Source of the DNA: Tubiluchus corallicola
Lineage: Eukaryota > Animalia > Priapulida
Reading direction: 5' to 3'
DNA: 64,000 nucleotides
Assembly: GCA_030141605.1 (NCBI GenBank)
Contig: JAQGDQ010000380.1
Location: 1 to 64,000, forward strand
This document shows, piece by piece, positions 1 to 14,276 of the stretch. The notes under the pieces were generated by a model that worked only from the letters and a program-made list of their open reading frames with translations, did no database searches and was not told the origin of the DNA. A program made the position numbers and the translations under genes. The first letter of the stretch is position 1. Every line of letters begins with the position of its first letter.

Positions 1-292
1 AAAGTAAAATTACAGCTAAAAGTAGAAAATACATAGTACATGGTTAGTACAATACAAACACACAAGTAGGTGCAAATAAATTAAAAGTGCCGGTAAAAAG
101 ATTAGAACTTGATTAGTACGATAAAATTGTATAATTATGGTAAAAAATTTACATCTTACATCATTTATCAAATCACATATTTTCTATAAAACATACATAT
201 AAAACACGTTAATGTTACAATGTTAAATATATATATATATATTGCTAATGTTACCAGAAAAATACATTTTCTTTCTTCTTCAAAGTCTCATT
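1..292 (-). repeat. Inverted near-identical copy of 7619-7906 (RTE tail plus downstream flank)
   Basis: The reverse complement matches 7619-7906 almost base for base, including the RTE end aatgagactttgaagaag. Confidence 0.9.
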
Positions 293-973
293 ACCTATTT
301 GGCTTTTGTAAATACATAATTAGTGCATAAGTTACTGTATCAATTTCTTTTGTTCAGGTCTGTTTAATCCTTACCTATTTGGCTTTTGTAAATACATAAC
401 TAGTGCATAATTTACTGTATCAATTTCTTTTCTTTAGGTCTGCTTAATCCTTACCTATTTGGCTTTTTGTAAATACATAATTAGTGCATAAGTTACTGTA
501 TCAATTTCTTTTCTTCAGGTCTGCTTAATCCTTACCTATTTGGTTTTTGTAAATACATAATTAGTGCATAAGTTACTGTATCAATTTCTTTTCTTCAGGT
601 CTGCTTAATCCTTACCTATTTGGTTTTTGTAAATACATAATTAGTGCATAAGTTACTGTATCAATTTCTTTTCTTCAGGTCTGTTTAATCATTACCTATT
701 TGGCTTTTTGTAAATACATAATTAGTGCATAAGTTACTGTATCAATTTCTTTTCTTCAGGTCTGTTTAATCCTTACCTATTTGGCTTTTTGTAAATACAT
801 AATTAGTGCATAAGTTACTGTATCAATTTCTTTTCTTCAGGTCTGCTTAATCATTACCTATTTGGTTTTTGTAAATACATAATTAGTGCATAAGTTACTG
901 TATCAATTTCTTTTGTTCAGGTCTGCTTAATTCTTGCCTATTTGGCTTTTGTAAATACATAATTAGTGCATAA
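289..973. repeat. Minisatellite, about 80-bp unit, about 8.5 copies
   Basis: Unit ttacctatttggctttttgtaaatacataattagtgcataagttactgtatcaatttc...; recurs at 291, 371, 451, 532, 612, 692 and onward. Confidence 0.95.
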
Positions 974-2749
974 TAGTCTCTGCCTATATAAACTGCTTGT
1001 ATGTTTATACAGATTGATATATATTGTCATAGCGCCTTATCTTCGTGCCCTATCAGACGTACTACTGTCCAAGCTTGACCTTTCACTTTGAATGCGTGCG
1101 CAAGCCAAATAAACATTGCTTTACCTAACAACTTTTATTCTTAACATAACGTATTCTAAAATTTAGATAAAACCAGGATAAATTTTGCCCGAGTTATACA
1201 TATACGTAATGCGTGAGTTAAAATTTGTATTGTATTATGCATTTAACCCTTTCACAGCCTTTACGAATTGATAAGATAAAACCGCCTCTCGCAAAATAAA
1301 TAGAGGTTTGTCACGATTTAGAAATATGGCATCTGTTGGTTGGTCACCAAGCGCCATTTTGGTAAATGGAAACTGTTTGCACACCTGCCGTCCTCACTGC
1401 TTGTGTGTTTTCATTAAATACTTTGAAAAATTCGTTTCCAATTTGATTTGTTCATGTCTCTTGGTTTTTGTGTTTGTCTTCAATTATTTTGTCTTGACAT
1501 TTTCAGAACAATATTTTTCAACATGTTTGCTCACGTCTTGACGAAGCTGTCATCGTTTTCATTGTTGAGGCGACAGGTGGCGAAAAAGTGACATTGGTGA
1601 AGTTTTTACATACAGCCATTGTTCATAAAGTGCTCACATGTTGAAATTTTTTTCGCGCAAACCTGTACAGTACAGCAGCGTCAATTTTTTTGCTGGAACA
1701 ACTGTCTTCAAGGCACATTTCTGTTCCTTTCCGAATTCTGCTTGCCTAATACCCGTAATATGTTATAAATTATTACGCAAATTAGACAGAGATTAACATC
1801 ATCTTATCTGTCGAGAACAATGGCGTTTCTCTTGTAAAAGTGTTTTTTCATGGTTGCAAGAATCTGCCCTTGCAAATCTATTCATAGTCTACATTTAAAT
1901 CTATGCAAACTAGTTTTGGATTCATTCCCAATTAACCGTGTCATCACGTGCATATAGGCTTCCTTCTCAGAAGGTATACAGAGTTGTAATCTTGCCAAAA
2001 AAAATTCTTAGCTAATTATTACCAAATATTGCAACATTTTTTCCGAACACTGAAATAACCTAACTTCATACAAAGCTTGCCTTTCGTTTCAGTTTGCCAA
2101 ACAATTTTAAAGTGCTGGTTTTCCTTGCTTGCTAAAAACTGCATGTAAGAACTGGTGTGTATAGAAAACGAATAAACAAACAACGAAATGTTTTACTTTC
2201 TGGTAGGTACAGTATTTCCTGAATACATATTACTTATAAAAACTGGGCAGTCATGAAAGGTAATCATTGTTTTTGTTTATCATTTTGCTGTATATTTAGA
2301 TATTTTTGATTACACTTTCATCTTTCTCTTTCTTTTACTTAAAAGTTGATTAGTGAATTTTAAACAGATCAAGTTGCTAAGTAAAATAGTAATAATGTAA
2401 TTTCACTACTATTGATGAGTGAAATAGCTAAAGTGTCATGCCTATAATCGCATACATCCATTGAAGGATGGCTTGACTAGGTGACCTTCTTGGTCTTTCA
2501 CCATTCTATTCCCACTGTGATAATTAAATACATTTACTTGCCTCAGTTATATCATGAATATGGAAATAAATGCACGTTTTGAATTGAAAATTGAATTGCT
2601 TACAAATAAAATCATAACTCCGTTTGAAAAATGGTTTCGCGTAGTAAATTAGAAAAATTGTAAACTAGACCATGAACTCTCATCATCATGAAGTTTGCCC
2701 GTCTGTTTGTGTGTCTGTCCGTCTGTCTGTCAGTTATCTGTCTGTCTTC

Positions 2750-3007
2750 CTTACACAACGCTTACAAGTCTAGGTGAAGACATTTTGTGTCTCAATGTGT
2801 AGAAAAAGAATTCATGGTTCGAAATACCGGTCACTATATTTTTCTCACCATAAAACGAATACGAATTATTCGTAGTACGAAGTATTCGAAATTCCTATTC
2901 GTATTATGGTGAGAAAAATATAGTGACCGGTATTTCGAACCATGAATTCTTTTTCTACACAATGAGACACAAAATGTCTTCACCTAGACTTGTAAGCCTT
3001 GTGTAAG
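2750..3007. repeat. Foldback palindrome (arms of about 115 bp, short spacer), MITE-like
   Basis: cttacacaa...ctcaccataa on the left is the near-perfect reverse complement of ttatggtgag...ttgtgtaag on the right. Confidence 0.9.
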
Positions 3008-3953
3008 CAATACGAATACGAATTAAGCTTCTGTAATTTGTAATTTATTATCACTTCAGCATGTATTTTTACATTACAATTTGCATTATTATCTTTAACG
3101 ATTATGCCCTATAACTAGAAAATGAAATATAGTTACAATAATTGTAACAGAACTACATTAGTATACTATAGCATGACACAGTTAGGGAAAAAATTTCAAA
3201 TATAATTATAAAAATTTAACAGAAGTGTACTAACATAGTTACTAAACTACATAATAGTTTGTCAACAAGAAATAGATGCTGCATGGTGGTCAAGAAGTAA
3301 AGCTTGTAAGACCACCATGAAAAGTGGAGAAAAAAACGACTTAATTTACAAGAGAGAGAATTATAGAAAAACAGGGAGTAGTTAAGATAAAATAATAGAC
3401 AGACAGAGAAAAGAAATGAATTAGACAGAAGTTCAGCTAGATTTATATATGTATCTTACGTAAGCTGAGGCAATATCTACGTGCAGTGTGGAGACATATT
3501 GACTAATATTTACACGTGTAATTGCAAGGCTGATTTACGTTCCCTAGCTTGCAACATGGGAATCGACATTTGGATGTGCTGATGTTTGTAAATGGGATAT
3601 TCTGTGTGCACAGGCTGTAATCCAGTTAATTGCAACCTGTTTGCGTATGGGAGGATTCTGAGCCTGATAGACTAAATCAGAAAACGAATGATTCCATGCA
3701 AAGACATGATACCGAAATAGTGTGAACGGGAAAGTGGGACAGTAATGGCAGGTCTTTATCATAATTCGACAACATCACTCGTCACAGTCATTATCGTCAT
3801 TACTATCATCGTCATAACTTTCATCTCCCATCATCATTTTCATCGTCGATATCGTCGTCACAAAAACGCGTGTAAACTTAATTAAACTCAAAAGACATCA
3901 ACAACAACACACACGCACGCACACACGCACGCACACACACGCACACACGCACG

Positions 3954-3992
<39 letters not shown>

Positions 3993-4049
3993 AAACAAAC
4001 AGCTGCAAATCATACAATTTACAACGGCATAAACACACATACAAAATTA

Positions 4050-4660
4050 CCACCAAAGGAAAAGGGTCATTAGGTGTGTCACCGGGAAAGATCCAGATTT
4101 TGGTTCCTACTCACTATCAACAAACTCTCCCGGCGGGGACCCGGTCCCTACTCACTATCTTCAAACTCTCCCAGCAGGGACCCAGTCGCTACTCACTATC
4201 TTCAAACTCTCCCGACAGGGACCCAATCACATTGACTGCCCAACCTTACAGTGATAACTACAGACATAATACGTAATACAAAACACAGACACACAGAACA
4301 TCAACGTAACGATGATAAAAAAGAGAAGGGGCTCCTACAACATGATCACAAAGCGACAAGAGGCTGGACAAGTTTCTCGTCACCAAAATCGCATCAAGGC
4401 AACAGCCACTTGCTTCACTGAACACCAGCCAAACTTAAATAAAAGAAAATGGCGATTTTTAAAAACATTTTCACAACATTGAAGAAGACTCGTCGTAAAG
4501 TAGTCCCTATTTGACATAATTTTATACAATCTAGTAGCCATAACCAAAAATCCAGTCTAGCAGCCATAACCAAAAACCTTACATAACCTGGCATACCTAA
4601 GTAATTGATCAAAAACACATTATGACCTATCTTAAGTGGAACATCTTCAACTTTATGAAA
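4050..4660 (-). mobile_element. Penelope-like retroelement 3' fragment with 3-4 copies of a 40-bp repeat
   Basis: Frameshifted translation DVPLKIGHNVF..QLLRYARLC...KNRHFLLFK resembles the PLE RT C-terminal region (pattern SQLIRYARACS...GY). Homologous to 16775-18085. Confidence 0.65.
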
Positions 4661-4713
4661 AATACCTGCTGGAACACAACTACCAGTGATTGTTATCGAA
4701 TCATTTAGGTGAC

Positions 4714-5086
4714 TGTTGTGTTTTGTTTCTCTGGGAAGGCTCGTAGAGAAAACCTGAAAACACTTCGTCAAATTAAACTAGTTTATTAAGCGAGAATTCT
4801 ACAACGCAAAAGTATGAAGGAATGCGAAATGTTTACAGTAAACGTGAAAATCTGGAAAACGTTTAAGTGTATCTGAAAATACGGGTAAACAAGAGAATGT
4901 GTAAGTGGCGTCCGTGTGAATCTGCGTGTGTCTCTGTGTCAGCGGCCTGCTTCGCCTTATATAGGGTGCCAGGGAACATTCTAGACATTTCTCTCTAGAA
5001 CATTCTACAAGGTAAGACGACTATTCTAATGGAACATTCTACAATGTTCTATTTAATTCTAATAGATGCCAGCGATCTCCACAACA
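4714..5086 (-). mobile_element. Solo LTR, family 1
   Basis: TGTTGTG...CACAACA termini with a 5-bp TSD GTGAC/GTAAC; homologous to 8979-9330 and 36136-36555. Confidence 0.85.
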
Positions 5087-5489
5087 GTAACTCAGGTAAG
5101 TTTGGCATCAGTATTAAATAAAAAGGGCATGTCTTAAACTCTCTACGTTTTGCTCGCTTATGTAACATTGATTTGTTTTGATACGAATCGTGTGGATGTT
5201 GATAATTTTTGCTTATTTTGGCTGCCATGTCATGCCACATCTGCAACAGATCAAAACCTCATTGCAAGTTTGAGCTTCGCTGACGAAACCGACGTCAGCT
5301 TCATCAACTCAAATAACGAACTGAAAAATTTGGCTTGTTTAAAGTTGCTGTTGAAAAGCAAAGAGTTACGGAGAGCTAATTATCTATGCTGTACCAACCT
5401 AAAACTGTTAAAACTGTCAAACTGTTGTGTCTTGCATTCATTGAATCAATTCATATAGCTCTGCCTTCACACTATTACATCTGGGAACT

Positions 5490-6119
5490 AATGAAGTTTT
5501 GAAAAATCGTCTGAGAATTTATGTCACTTACATACTGCCTTTTTGCATGCAGAGCTTGTGTTGGCAGTAACGCTGTATAAAACTATGACCGTCTCGTGAT
5601 GAAACTCTCGCGCAGCCATTTTAGTGGCAGGTCGTTTGATACAAGTGTAGGTAACATTGCTTAAAGTTTGAAAAAATGATCAGAGCATTCATAGCGCACA
5701 AGTCACTAACTAAGTGAAATTTTAAATTACTGTGTCTTGTCATTATGTTAAAAATACGTTTTTAGTTAGTGAGTGCTGCACCCTAGAGATGAGTCAGCGA
5801 CATTTTACCAATTTGTAAAATCATTTTAAATAATTAATAATTTTCTTTTCTAGTTACTTAAGTGTTTCAATCGGGTAGTGCAAAGTAATATAGATTTTTT
5901 TGGGGGAGATAATTTAGCATTGCCTTTTCTTCCCCTGATTTATGTGGCGTAGTGACGCCATGATGCCGTCGGAACAGTATTGCGGGAGATCTAAAACGAA
6001 AACAAACAAAAAATCTTTTCAACGCGAATACGATATACGCATAAAAAAGCTGTAAAGTAATGTAATTTTCAAGGCGATTATTCTGAAACCACTTCAGGTA
6101 AGTCTACTTGTCCTTTTAA
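5490..6119 (-). mobile_element. Non-autonomous Kolobok-like DNA element, family E (diverged)
   Basis: Reverse complement of the 39300-39944 family; ends cttgtcctt-TTAA. Confidence 0.6.
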
Positions 6120-6202
6120 GCAACTTGGAAACTGTTAGTGATGCTGGATTTAGATTTTTCTAACCACTAAAGTAAAAATAATTCGCTGTATAGTGGATAA
6201 TG

Positions 6203-6536
6203 CGTTGTATTGGTTGTGTGAAGCTGGTTATTGATGCTTTAGGAATGGCAAAACTATGAAGAGTCTGATTATAAAACTTCACGTTTATTAAACATCGAAC
6301 ACAATAGATATAACAGATAGCAATGCCAAGCCCCTGATCTAACGGCTCTCTCCTCCGGTTCCCAGACTCAGTCTAATTCTAATTATTTTAGCTGGACGCA
6401 TCACAAGGCTTATATATCGTGCGCGGAGCGCTGACACCTTGATTCTGAATCACTTACTCACTGACACCACTCCTTAACTGGCTTCATACCAGCATTCATC
6501 AGCATAATTATTTATCATAATCTAATGCTTTTAACA
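6203..6536 (-). mobile_element. Probable solo LTR, family 2
   Basis: Inverted homologue of 12240-12551. In element orientation it has a TGTT start, TATA box, AATAAA and a CAACG end; TSD is degraded. Confidence 0.6.
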
Positions 6537-6984
6537 CAATTTAACAGGTTCTCTTTTTCTACTAACGACAATTCCAGTTTTTTTACTCAGCGAAGAGAAC
6601 TTACTTATTAACGTAATACGGTGTAGATTAAAACCCTTAAATTTATTTGATTTAAATAAAATTTTAAAATTAATTCTAAAAACTTGTTACTTTACAAAAC
6701 TTTGTCAGAGCAATCATTTACTGAGTGATCTGAATAACTCAAAGTACAAGGCAACAAGTTTTAACAGTTTTAATGGCCAGGATAGTCTTGTACACCTAGC
6801 AACAGCGAGACGCCATAGAATCACCATCACCATAGCAACGGATCACTTCAGCAATGAGTCGCCATAGCAACGGCGTACCCATAGTCCTTATGGTCTCATG
6901 CGTAAAATTTTAATAGTGGCAAATGTATTTTTTCAACAAATTATAAATGTGGACATTCCTCACTAAAAGATGTTATTTTTCAGC

Positions 6985-7640
6985 GAGTTGTCGCGCATCA
7001 CCAATAGTAATCAGTCTTGGAAAAAGTGCAAGTGCATGGGCACTTTACTAAACACCAAAGATGATATTAAAAGTAGAAAGCAACAAGCAATGTACGCTTT
7101 TCTTCAACACAAGAATGTATTAACTAGCAAGAAAATAAGTTTTAACACAAGACTTCGATTGTTTAATGCTTACGTTACCAGCATATTATTGTACAAAAGT
7201 GAAACTTGGGGTTTAACGGTTATTCAGGAAAAGCAGATTGACACATTTCATAGAAATTTCCCAAGGAAAGTTTCAAAGATAAGATGGCCATACGTAATCA
7301 AAGATGATGATTTATACACCAGAACGAAAGAAATTCCTTAGAGTTCAAAAGTTAAGATCCGAAAATTAAGATGGCTAGGACATCTTCTAAGATTACCAAA
7401 TGAAGCACCAGTAAGAATCGCCTTAAAGGAAGCCTTAAAACCTTGCAAAAAACCACCTGGCAAAAAAAAACAACTTGGATAATTAAGATAAATAAAGATG
7501 TTCAACAACTTCGACCAAATCTATCTTTAGGAGTAGAAGAACTTACGCTGTTAACTGCAGATAGAAGCGGGTGGAATACTCTGATAAATGTTGATACCTC
7601 AATGCCTACAATAGGTGGAATGAGACTTTGAAGAAGAAAG
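6985..7640 (+). mobile_element. 5'-truncated RTE-clade LINE (RT C-terminus), degenerate
   Basis: Translation RLRLFNAYVTSILLYKSETW...KIRWP...LRWLGHLLRLP..APVRIAL is typical of RTE. Contains an internal stop and a frameshift, and has a GAA tail. Confidence 0.88.
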
Positions 7641-8072
7641 AAAATGTATTTTTCTGGTAACATTAGCAATATATATATATTTAACATTGTAACATTAACG
7701 TGTTTTATATGTATGTTTTATAGAAAATATGTGATTTGATAAATGATGTAAGATGTAAATTTTTTACCATAATTATACAATTTTATCGTACTAATCAAGT
7801 TCTAATCTTTTTACCGGCACTTTTAATTTATTTGCACCTACTTGTGTGTTTGCATTGTACTAACCATGTACTATGTATTTTCTACTTTTAGCTGTAATTT
7901 TACTTTCTATAAATTGTCGATATGTTTTACGATGTTTTTAATGGACATATAAGTCTATTGACTTCAGTTCATAGATGTATTATAAATAAATAATAATAAT
8001 AATAATAATAAATAAATGTATGTATGTAATGTAAGGGCCGTTAGTGTAAATGTGTATTTTAAAATAAAAGAT

Positions 8073-8481
8073 TCATCATCATCATCATCGTAATCAGCAT
8101 CAGCATCATCGTCATCGTCGTCATCGTCATCAGCATCAGCAGCAGCAGCAGCAGCAGCATCATCATCATCATCAGCATCAACATCATCATCGTCATCGTC
8201 ATCAGCAGCAGCATCATCATCGTCATCGTCGTCATCGTCATCAGCATCAGTAGCAGCAGCATCATCATCATCATCAACATCATCATCGTCATCATCATCA
8301 TCAGCATCAGCATCAGCATCATCAGCATCAGCATCATCATCAGCAGCAGCAGCAGCAGCATCAACATCATCATCATCAGCATCAGCATCATCAGCATCAG
8401 CATCATCATCATCAGCATCAGCATCATCAACATCATCATTATCAACATCATCATCGTCGTCGTCATCGTCGTCGTCGTCGT
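8073..8481. repeat. Compound trinucleotide microsatellite (CAT/CAG/CGT)n
   Basis: Direct inspection. Confidence 0.95.
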
Positions 8482-8978
8482 GTAATAACTACTCTAGTCT
8501 GGAATTCGTGCATTCGTCTGATAACATGATAACACGTCTATGCAATACGGAATTAAATACTGGATAATTAATAACCCGTGCCAACATGAAATAGCAGGAG
8601 TAACCTGAAGCACTTGGGAAATCGGATACCGTCTCATTTTGCTTTGCCTCTGCGCGCCTCAAACACATTACGCTGTCCATTTAGAAAGGGATTTCAGTTG
8701 CTAATTCGTTTAGCTGAGTTCTTAGAATGGTAACGTTTATTACTTGGCTTCACGAGTGTTGCGTCTGAGATGGACTGCCGAGCATTGAAATGATCTTCGT
8801 CTTGAAAATGATTATTACAGACACATGAATGGCTGTTTGTGAAGTTTATGTTTCCAGATTCCTCGTCAGGGGAATTAGTACACTACGTGCAAAGTGCACG
8901 CATTATTGACATTTGTGGTAACATAGGATGCAGCGTGCGATGTGTGCTTTTTTATTTTGGTTTTCCATGAAAGACAAC

Positions 8979-9330
8979 TGTTGTGGAGATTGCTGGCATC
9001 TATTAGAATTAAATAGAACATTGTAGAATGTTCCATTAGAATAATCGTCTTACATTGTAGAATATTCTAGAATGTTCCCTGGCACCCTGTATAAGGCGAG
9101 GCAGGCCGCTGAGACACACTCTGATTCGCACGGACGCCACTTACACATTCTCTTGTATACTTGTATTTTCAGATACACTTCAATGTTTTCCAGATTTTCA
9201 CGTTTACTGTAAACATTTCGCGTTCCTTCATATTTTGTGTTGTAGAACTCTCGCTTAATAAACTAGTTTAATTTGATGAAGTGTTTTCTGGTTTTCTCTA
9301 CGAGCCTTCCGAGAGAAACAAAACACAACA
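8979..9330 (+). mobile_element. Solo LTR, family 1
   Basis: TGTTGTG...CACAACA termini with a perfect 5-bp TSD ACAAC. TATA-like tataag near 9090 and AATAAA near 9257. Confidence 0.9.
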
Positions 9331-9670
9331 ACAACAAATACTAAAAATCCAGTCTCGATCGTGATTGGATGTTAACGAAAGAGAGTTGATAAAAGATTGT
9401 GATGTTTATTACTGACTTTCTACAAACGAACGAGAACGGAATAAACGAGTACTAGTTTTACAGATCTAACGTGTCAAAAGGAAAAAACGTTGACATACCA
9501 ATATACCCTAAAATTAAAGGTTCTTGATAGAACCCTTGTGGAACTTTGAAGAACATTTAAAGAACTTTTTTTGAGAGTGTATGAGAGTGTAACAAGGCAT
9601 TCATGTATTTAGAATGAGTCGTGGGATATCATTCTATTAAACATCATCTTTTTGTAAAGCACAAGTGGAA

Positions 9671-9684
9671 AGAGAGAAAGAGAG

Positions 9685-9716
<32 letters not shown>

Positions 9717-9751
9717 ACAGAGAGAACAGAGAGGGTTTAGGGAGAGAGAGT

Positions 9752-9794
<43 letters not shown>

Positions 9795-9913
9795 AGAGAG
9801 ACAGATAACAGAAACACTGAGAACACAGAAAGAGGGAACAGGAGAGAGAGAGGGGGGAAAGAAAGAGAAAGAGAGAGAGAGAACAGAGAGGGATTTAGGG
9901 AGAGAGAGTGAGG

Positions 9914-9971
<58 letters not shown>
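9671..9971. repeat. Interrupted (AG)n microsatellite
   Basis: Direct inspection. Confidence 0.95.
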
Positions 9972-9974
<3 letters not shown>

Positions 9975-12239
9975 GCAGGAAAAGAGATGAAGAGATAAAT
10001 GTAGAGAAAAGGAAAGGGCAAAGGAAAAAGGAAAAGGTGCAGAAAAGAGGAAGAGGAAGTAAAATACAAAGAGGTCATTCTCTTCTGCATCAAATCACCG
10101 AGTGGTCCCCAGGTGGCCATCTCAGATCTGCTTGAAAATATTCTCAGAAATAGCTGAATACCTGTGTGAGGCGAACATTTATAAACTGCAACGTTTTCTT
10201 TCTGAAAAACTTCATATAATTTTCCTTATAGCCTTAGTTTAAAGGGTTTATTTGCTTTAGATTAGGCAGTTTTTATAAATGATGAATGAATCCTAACCAT
10301 GTAAAAATGTGTACAGGCAGAAGTGAGTAAATAACAAAGCAATGTAAATACAAATAAACTCAAATAGATACACATACATACAAATACTTATAAACAAGGA
10401 CATATACATGGAAAGTTAGCAAATGTGACACAATGAATAATATAACAATTAAATAATAACAATAACTATCTTAAAATTTAACACGAATACGTGAAAAGGA
10501 ACCATATCAGGCATATTCAAAGTTCACTATCTTTATTTCTTATATTGGTTTACGATATAATGATTATAATGAAAAGTACAAGTTGATATTTCACCAATCC
10601 TCTTGGCTTAGTCATAACTGGCAAAATTTCTCCATATAAATATTAAATAATCCAAATTTTTACATTTTTTATACAAAATATTCAAAGCATAGGCTATTCA
10701 AAGAGTCATATCAACATACACTCATTGCACGTCTATTACACACAGCGGGTAGGGCAGAATCTAAAGTAGAAGAACTCTGTCCTCCAGGTCAGTTAAACAC
10801 AGCAGTTAATTCAGTAAAAAAAATCAGACACTGCTAGCCCAGTGACTTCTCAGCACGATTTCCGAGCTAGTATTTCTGTTGATAGGATCACCAATATGGG
10901 TGATCCAAGAGAATACGAGACAAATTGATAAACAATTCGTGATCTTATCCACGAGCCTCTTACTGTCGCAGAAATTTGTATTTGCAAAAACACTTTCTGC
11001 GCATATTGTCAGGATGCGCAAGTGTCAAAAGAATTGCTGCTTGCATCATGTACGATTATTTTAGAATTCTGCCTGCCCAGTGTCTACAATAGACGTGACG
11101 GGCGTATGATGATGATGATGATGATGATTGCAAGAAACACAGAATAAAATCATTGAGTATTTCCAATAATAAATGATAGTAATTCTTTGAATTTATTTTA
11201 AAGACTGTCGTTGAGAAGTAGAAAAACACTTCGCTGCACTCCCAACGCCAAAGAGGGGTGGTTGACGGAAGACGCAACATTAATAATTCTAGCAATAATT
11301 TCTACCTGTAGCCCATTGCTGTTCAAGTTCACTTCAAACTTTTTTATGTAAGAAGCTTCCTTTATAAGACGAACATTTCTTGAAGCAGCTTCGCCAGTTG
11401 CTTTGAAACAATTAGGAGAAAGAGGAATGATTGTTGTTATGTGTATATTTTGCACTAATACGGCGTTTTCTTGGTGGTAATACATCAAATGTATTGATTA
11501 TTTCATTCAAATAAGGACAATGTTCTCTTAAATTAAACTAATATAAAATTAAAATACGGATGAGACCGCAGTCAGTCAAATAAATTAGCACAAGTTTTAT
11601 AAATAAATAAAAAATAAACAAATTAGAGCTTTATTTCAAGCTTTCGTTGACAGATGGAGCTCTAACTGTCGCGTAGTGGCATTGGATAAGGAAAATACAA
11701 AGTGTCTCAAAACTCACTAAACACTTTGATTTTTAATTTTCTTTTAAAAGCTTTTCCCAATGTCTGCAAGATTTTACGTGAATCAAAAGGGGTCATTGAC
11801 AAATCTTTTTATTTATTTCTTGACTAGAACCCCGTTGCTATGGCGACGACGCCGACGGTGCAAAAGCAGTCTGGATGTTTTCAATCATAAACTGAAGTTC
11901 AGTGGAGATTCAGTGCGTCATATGAACCACACTATTCTCTCTCTGTTAACAATGTAGTTTTTCAAGAAAGTGTAACTTTTCTTCACCATTAGTGGACTGT
12001 GAGAAAATTTCTCAACGCAAAATACCCGACTCGTGATTAGATTGGTCTGTCAAGTCCCTGGAAAAGGTACGGAAAATAGCGAAACCTGCTGGCACAGTAC
12101 CTCTTTTAGACTTTTTGTCTAATTTGACTAAACTGATTGTCCTAGGTTTTAGTTCGTCTGTACCAATTTTCAAACGCTTTGTACGTAAGAAAAAGGTGAA
12201 AATGAATGTGTATAGAGTAAAGGGGGACCTGTTAACCTA

Positions 12240-12551
12240 CGTTGAAAGCGTTAGATTATGATAGATAATTACGTTGATGAATGCTGACATGAAGCCAGTT
12301 AAGGAGTGGTGTCACGTGAATAAGTGATTCAGAATCGAGGTGTCGAAGTTCCGCGCACGATATATAAGCCTTGTGATGCGTCCAGAGAGTCTGGGAGCCG
12401 GAGCGGAGCAAGCTAGATCAGGGGCTTGGCATTACTATCTGCTATATTTATTGTGTTTGATGTTCAATAAACGTGTAGTTTTATAATCAGACTTTTCGTA
12501 GTTTTGCCAGCCCTAAAACACCAATAATCAGCTATACACAACCAATACAAC
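12240..12551 (+). mobile_element. Probable solo LTR, family 2
   Basis: About 310 bp, with tatataag near 12361 and aataaa near 12466; homologous to 6203-6536. Confidence 0.6.
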
Positions 12552-13847
12552 GAATTATTTTTACTTATAGTGACTTATGAGACACCCAATACACTGGCTT
12601 GTAACATGTCGCATGCAGTACCAGGCGTAGACAGGAAATAAACAACACCCTCCACCAATACTAATGACTCACGAGCGTGGACCTGCATTTACAAATAGCC
12701 TACTCTGCCCAAATGATTAATGCTTGTGCATACACAAGATCTTTTCGGATGATACGCGACCTGAAAACAAATCACTAGCGTCTGTGTGTTGGACTAATCG
12801 AGTATGAGTGACCTTGCTTATTTTTAACCTTCCCTGATATCGATGAAAGCCATTGACCATGAAGCTGCCGTGATTCGCGTTATCTAGATGAAAAATGCCA
12901 TACACGAGCAACTTTTGATTTAACGTCATCTTCTCGAGCCATCAATTCTCTCTAATTTGGAAGTGATTGTTCTGGCAAGAGATTCAGCAGCTTGGCTGAG
13001 GATGCTATTGAAGCACGTTCGTACAAAATCAGTCGTGAAATTGCCTAAAACCAGTCGTATTGATTATCGTAATCCGCGCGATGTCTGCAGTAAAAACAGC
13101 CCGAGTGACTAGCTCTGCCTCGTGACGTATTCGTATGATCAGGATTGCTGTTTTTGCATTTAATTGTTTCTCGCTACTTCACCATATTGCTTATTTAGCG
13201 TCAGCAACAAACACGTAAATATAATACGTATATTTATTTAAGTTAATCCTTGTTAAAACATTCGTTCTATAGCAGACACTTTGCCAGGGTTGTTCTAAGC
13301 AACAGCAATAGCAGCAGCAGCAGCAGCAGTTTTTAGTTTTAGTTTTTTTAGTTTATTATCATTATCACATTCAGTACAATATAATGACATTAAGCACACA
13401 GTGACATCAAAATTATTATATCATACTGTATTAAATTGTTATGTTTCATACACTATCGTTATCATAAAAGAATAATTGTACTGCAGTGGGCTAGAGAAGC
13501 AAAGGCTTGTATAAGCCCACTGTCATGTGAACCCGATAAAAAAAGAACGGATGAGTGAACAAAAAAAAGAACTGGGAGAAAGGTTAGATCACACAGGAAA
13601 GGTAGAAGGATGTGTTAGTGGAAATGGTAGGAAGAAAGATAATAGATTGTGCTATGCTGACATCAGCTCTAAAGATTTATCAATGATGCCTTGTTTTGCC
13701 TAATATGTTCCAAGATTGTGGTATGACTGCTGCAGTAGGTGTGGGAAATTAGGAAGTATTGTACGTGTTGAGAATCATTGCTCTGTATTTCTTTTTAAAT
13801 TTTTGAATTGGAGTTTAAATTGGAATTTGAATTGAATGAGCAGCAGC

Positions 13848-13878
<31 letters not shown>

Positions 13879-14276
13879 GCAGCAGCAGCAACAACAACAA
13901 AAACAGGAATAGCAACAGCAGCAGCAAGCACAACAGCAACAGCAACAAAAGCAGCAAGAGCAGCAGCAACAGCATATAAAGGATATTAGTTTTACGTAAC
14001 TTTAAATATGGAACTTGACCTGGTGTTAAACAATAACTCAAAATACTGTAATGTATGAAATACAACATTATTGTTTTTTAAGAGTGACTTGCGTGAAAGA
14101 ATTATTATCACCGAAGTTTAATTTCATGTTCGCGCCCTACAAGCATTTCGGTTCACCATGCGCTAGATAGATGCACAAAAAAACTGTCTCTCTACCTCAT
14201 AATTCAGTTCTGGCGTAATTACACATTTGTAGTAAAATCGCGGGATGAAATTTAAGTTTTTAAGCATAAATTGGCC

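Noticed and set aside
1536-1600. Hammerhead-like TTGACGA...GGCGAAA
   Set aside because: A stem II is conceivable, but there is no convincing stem III or NUH site after GAAA.
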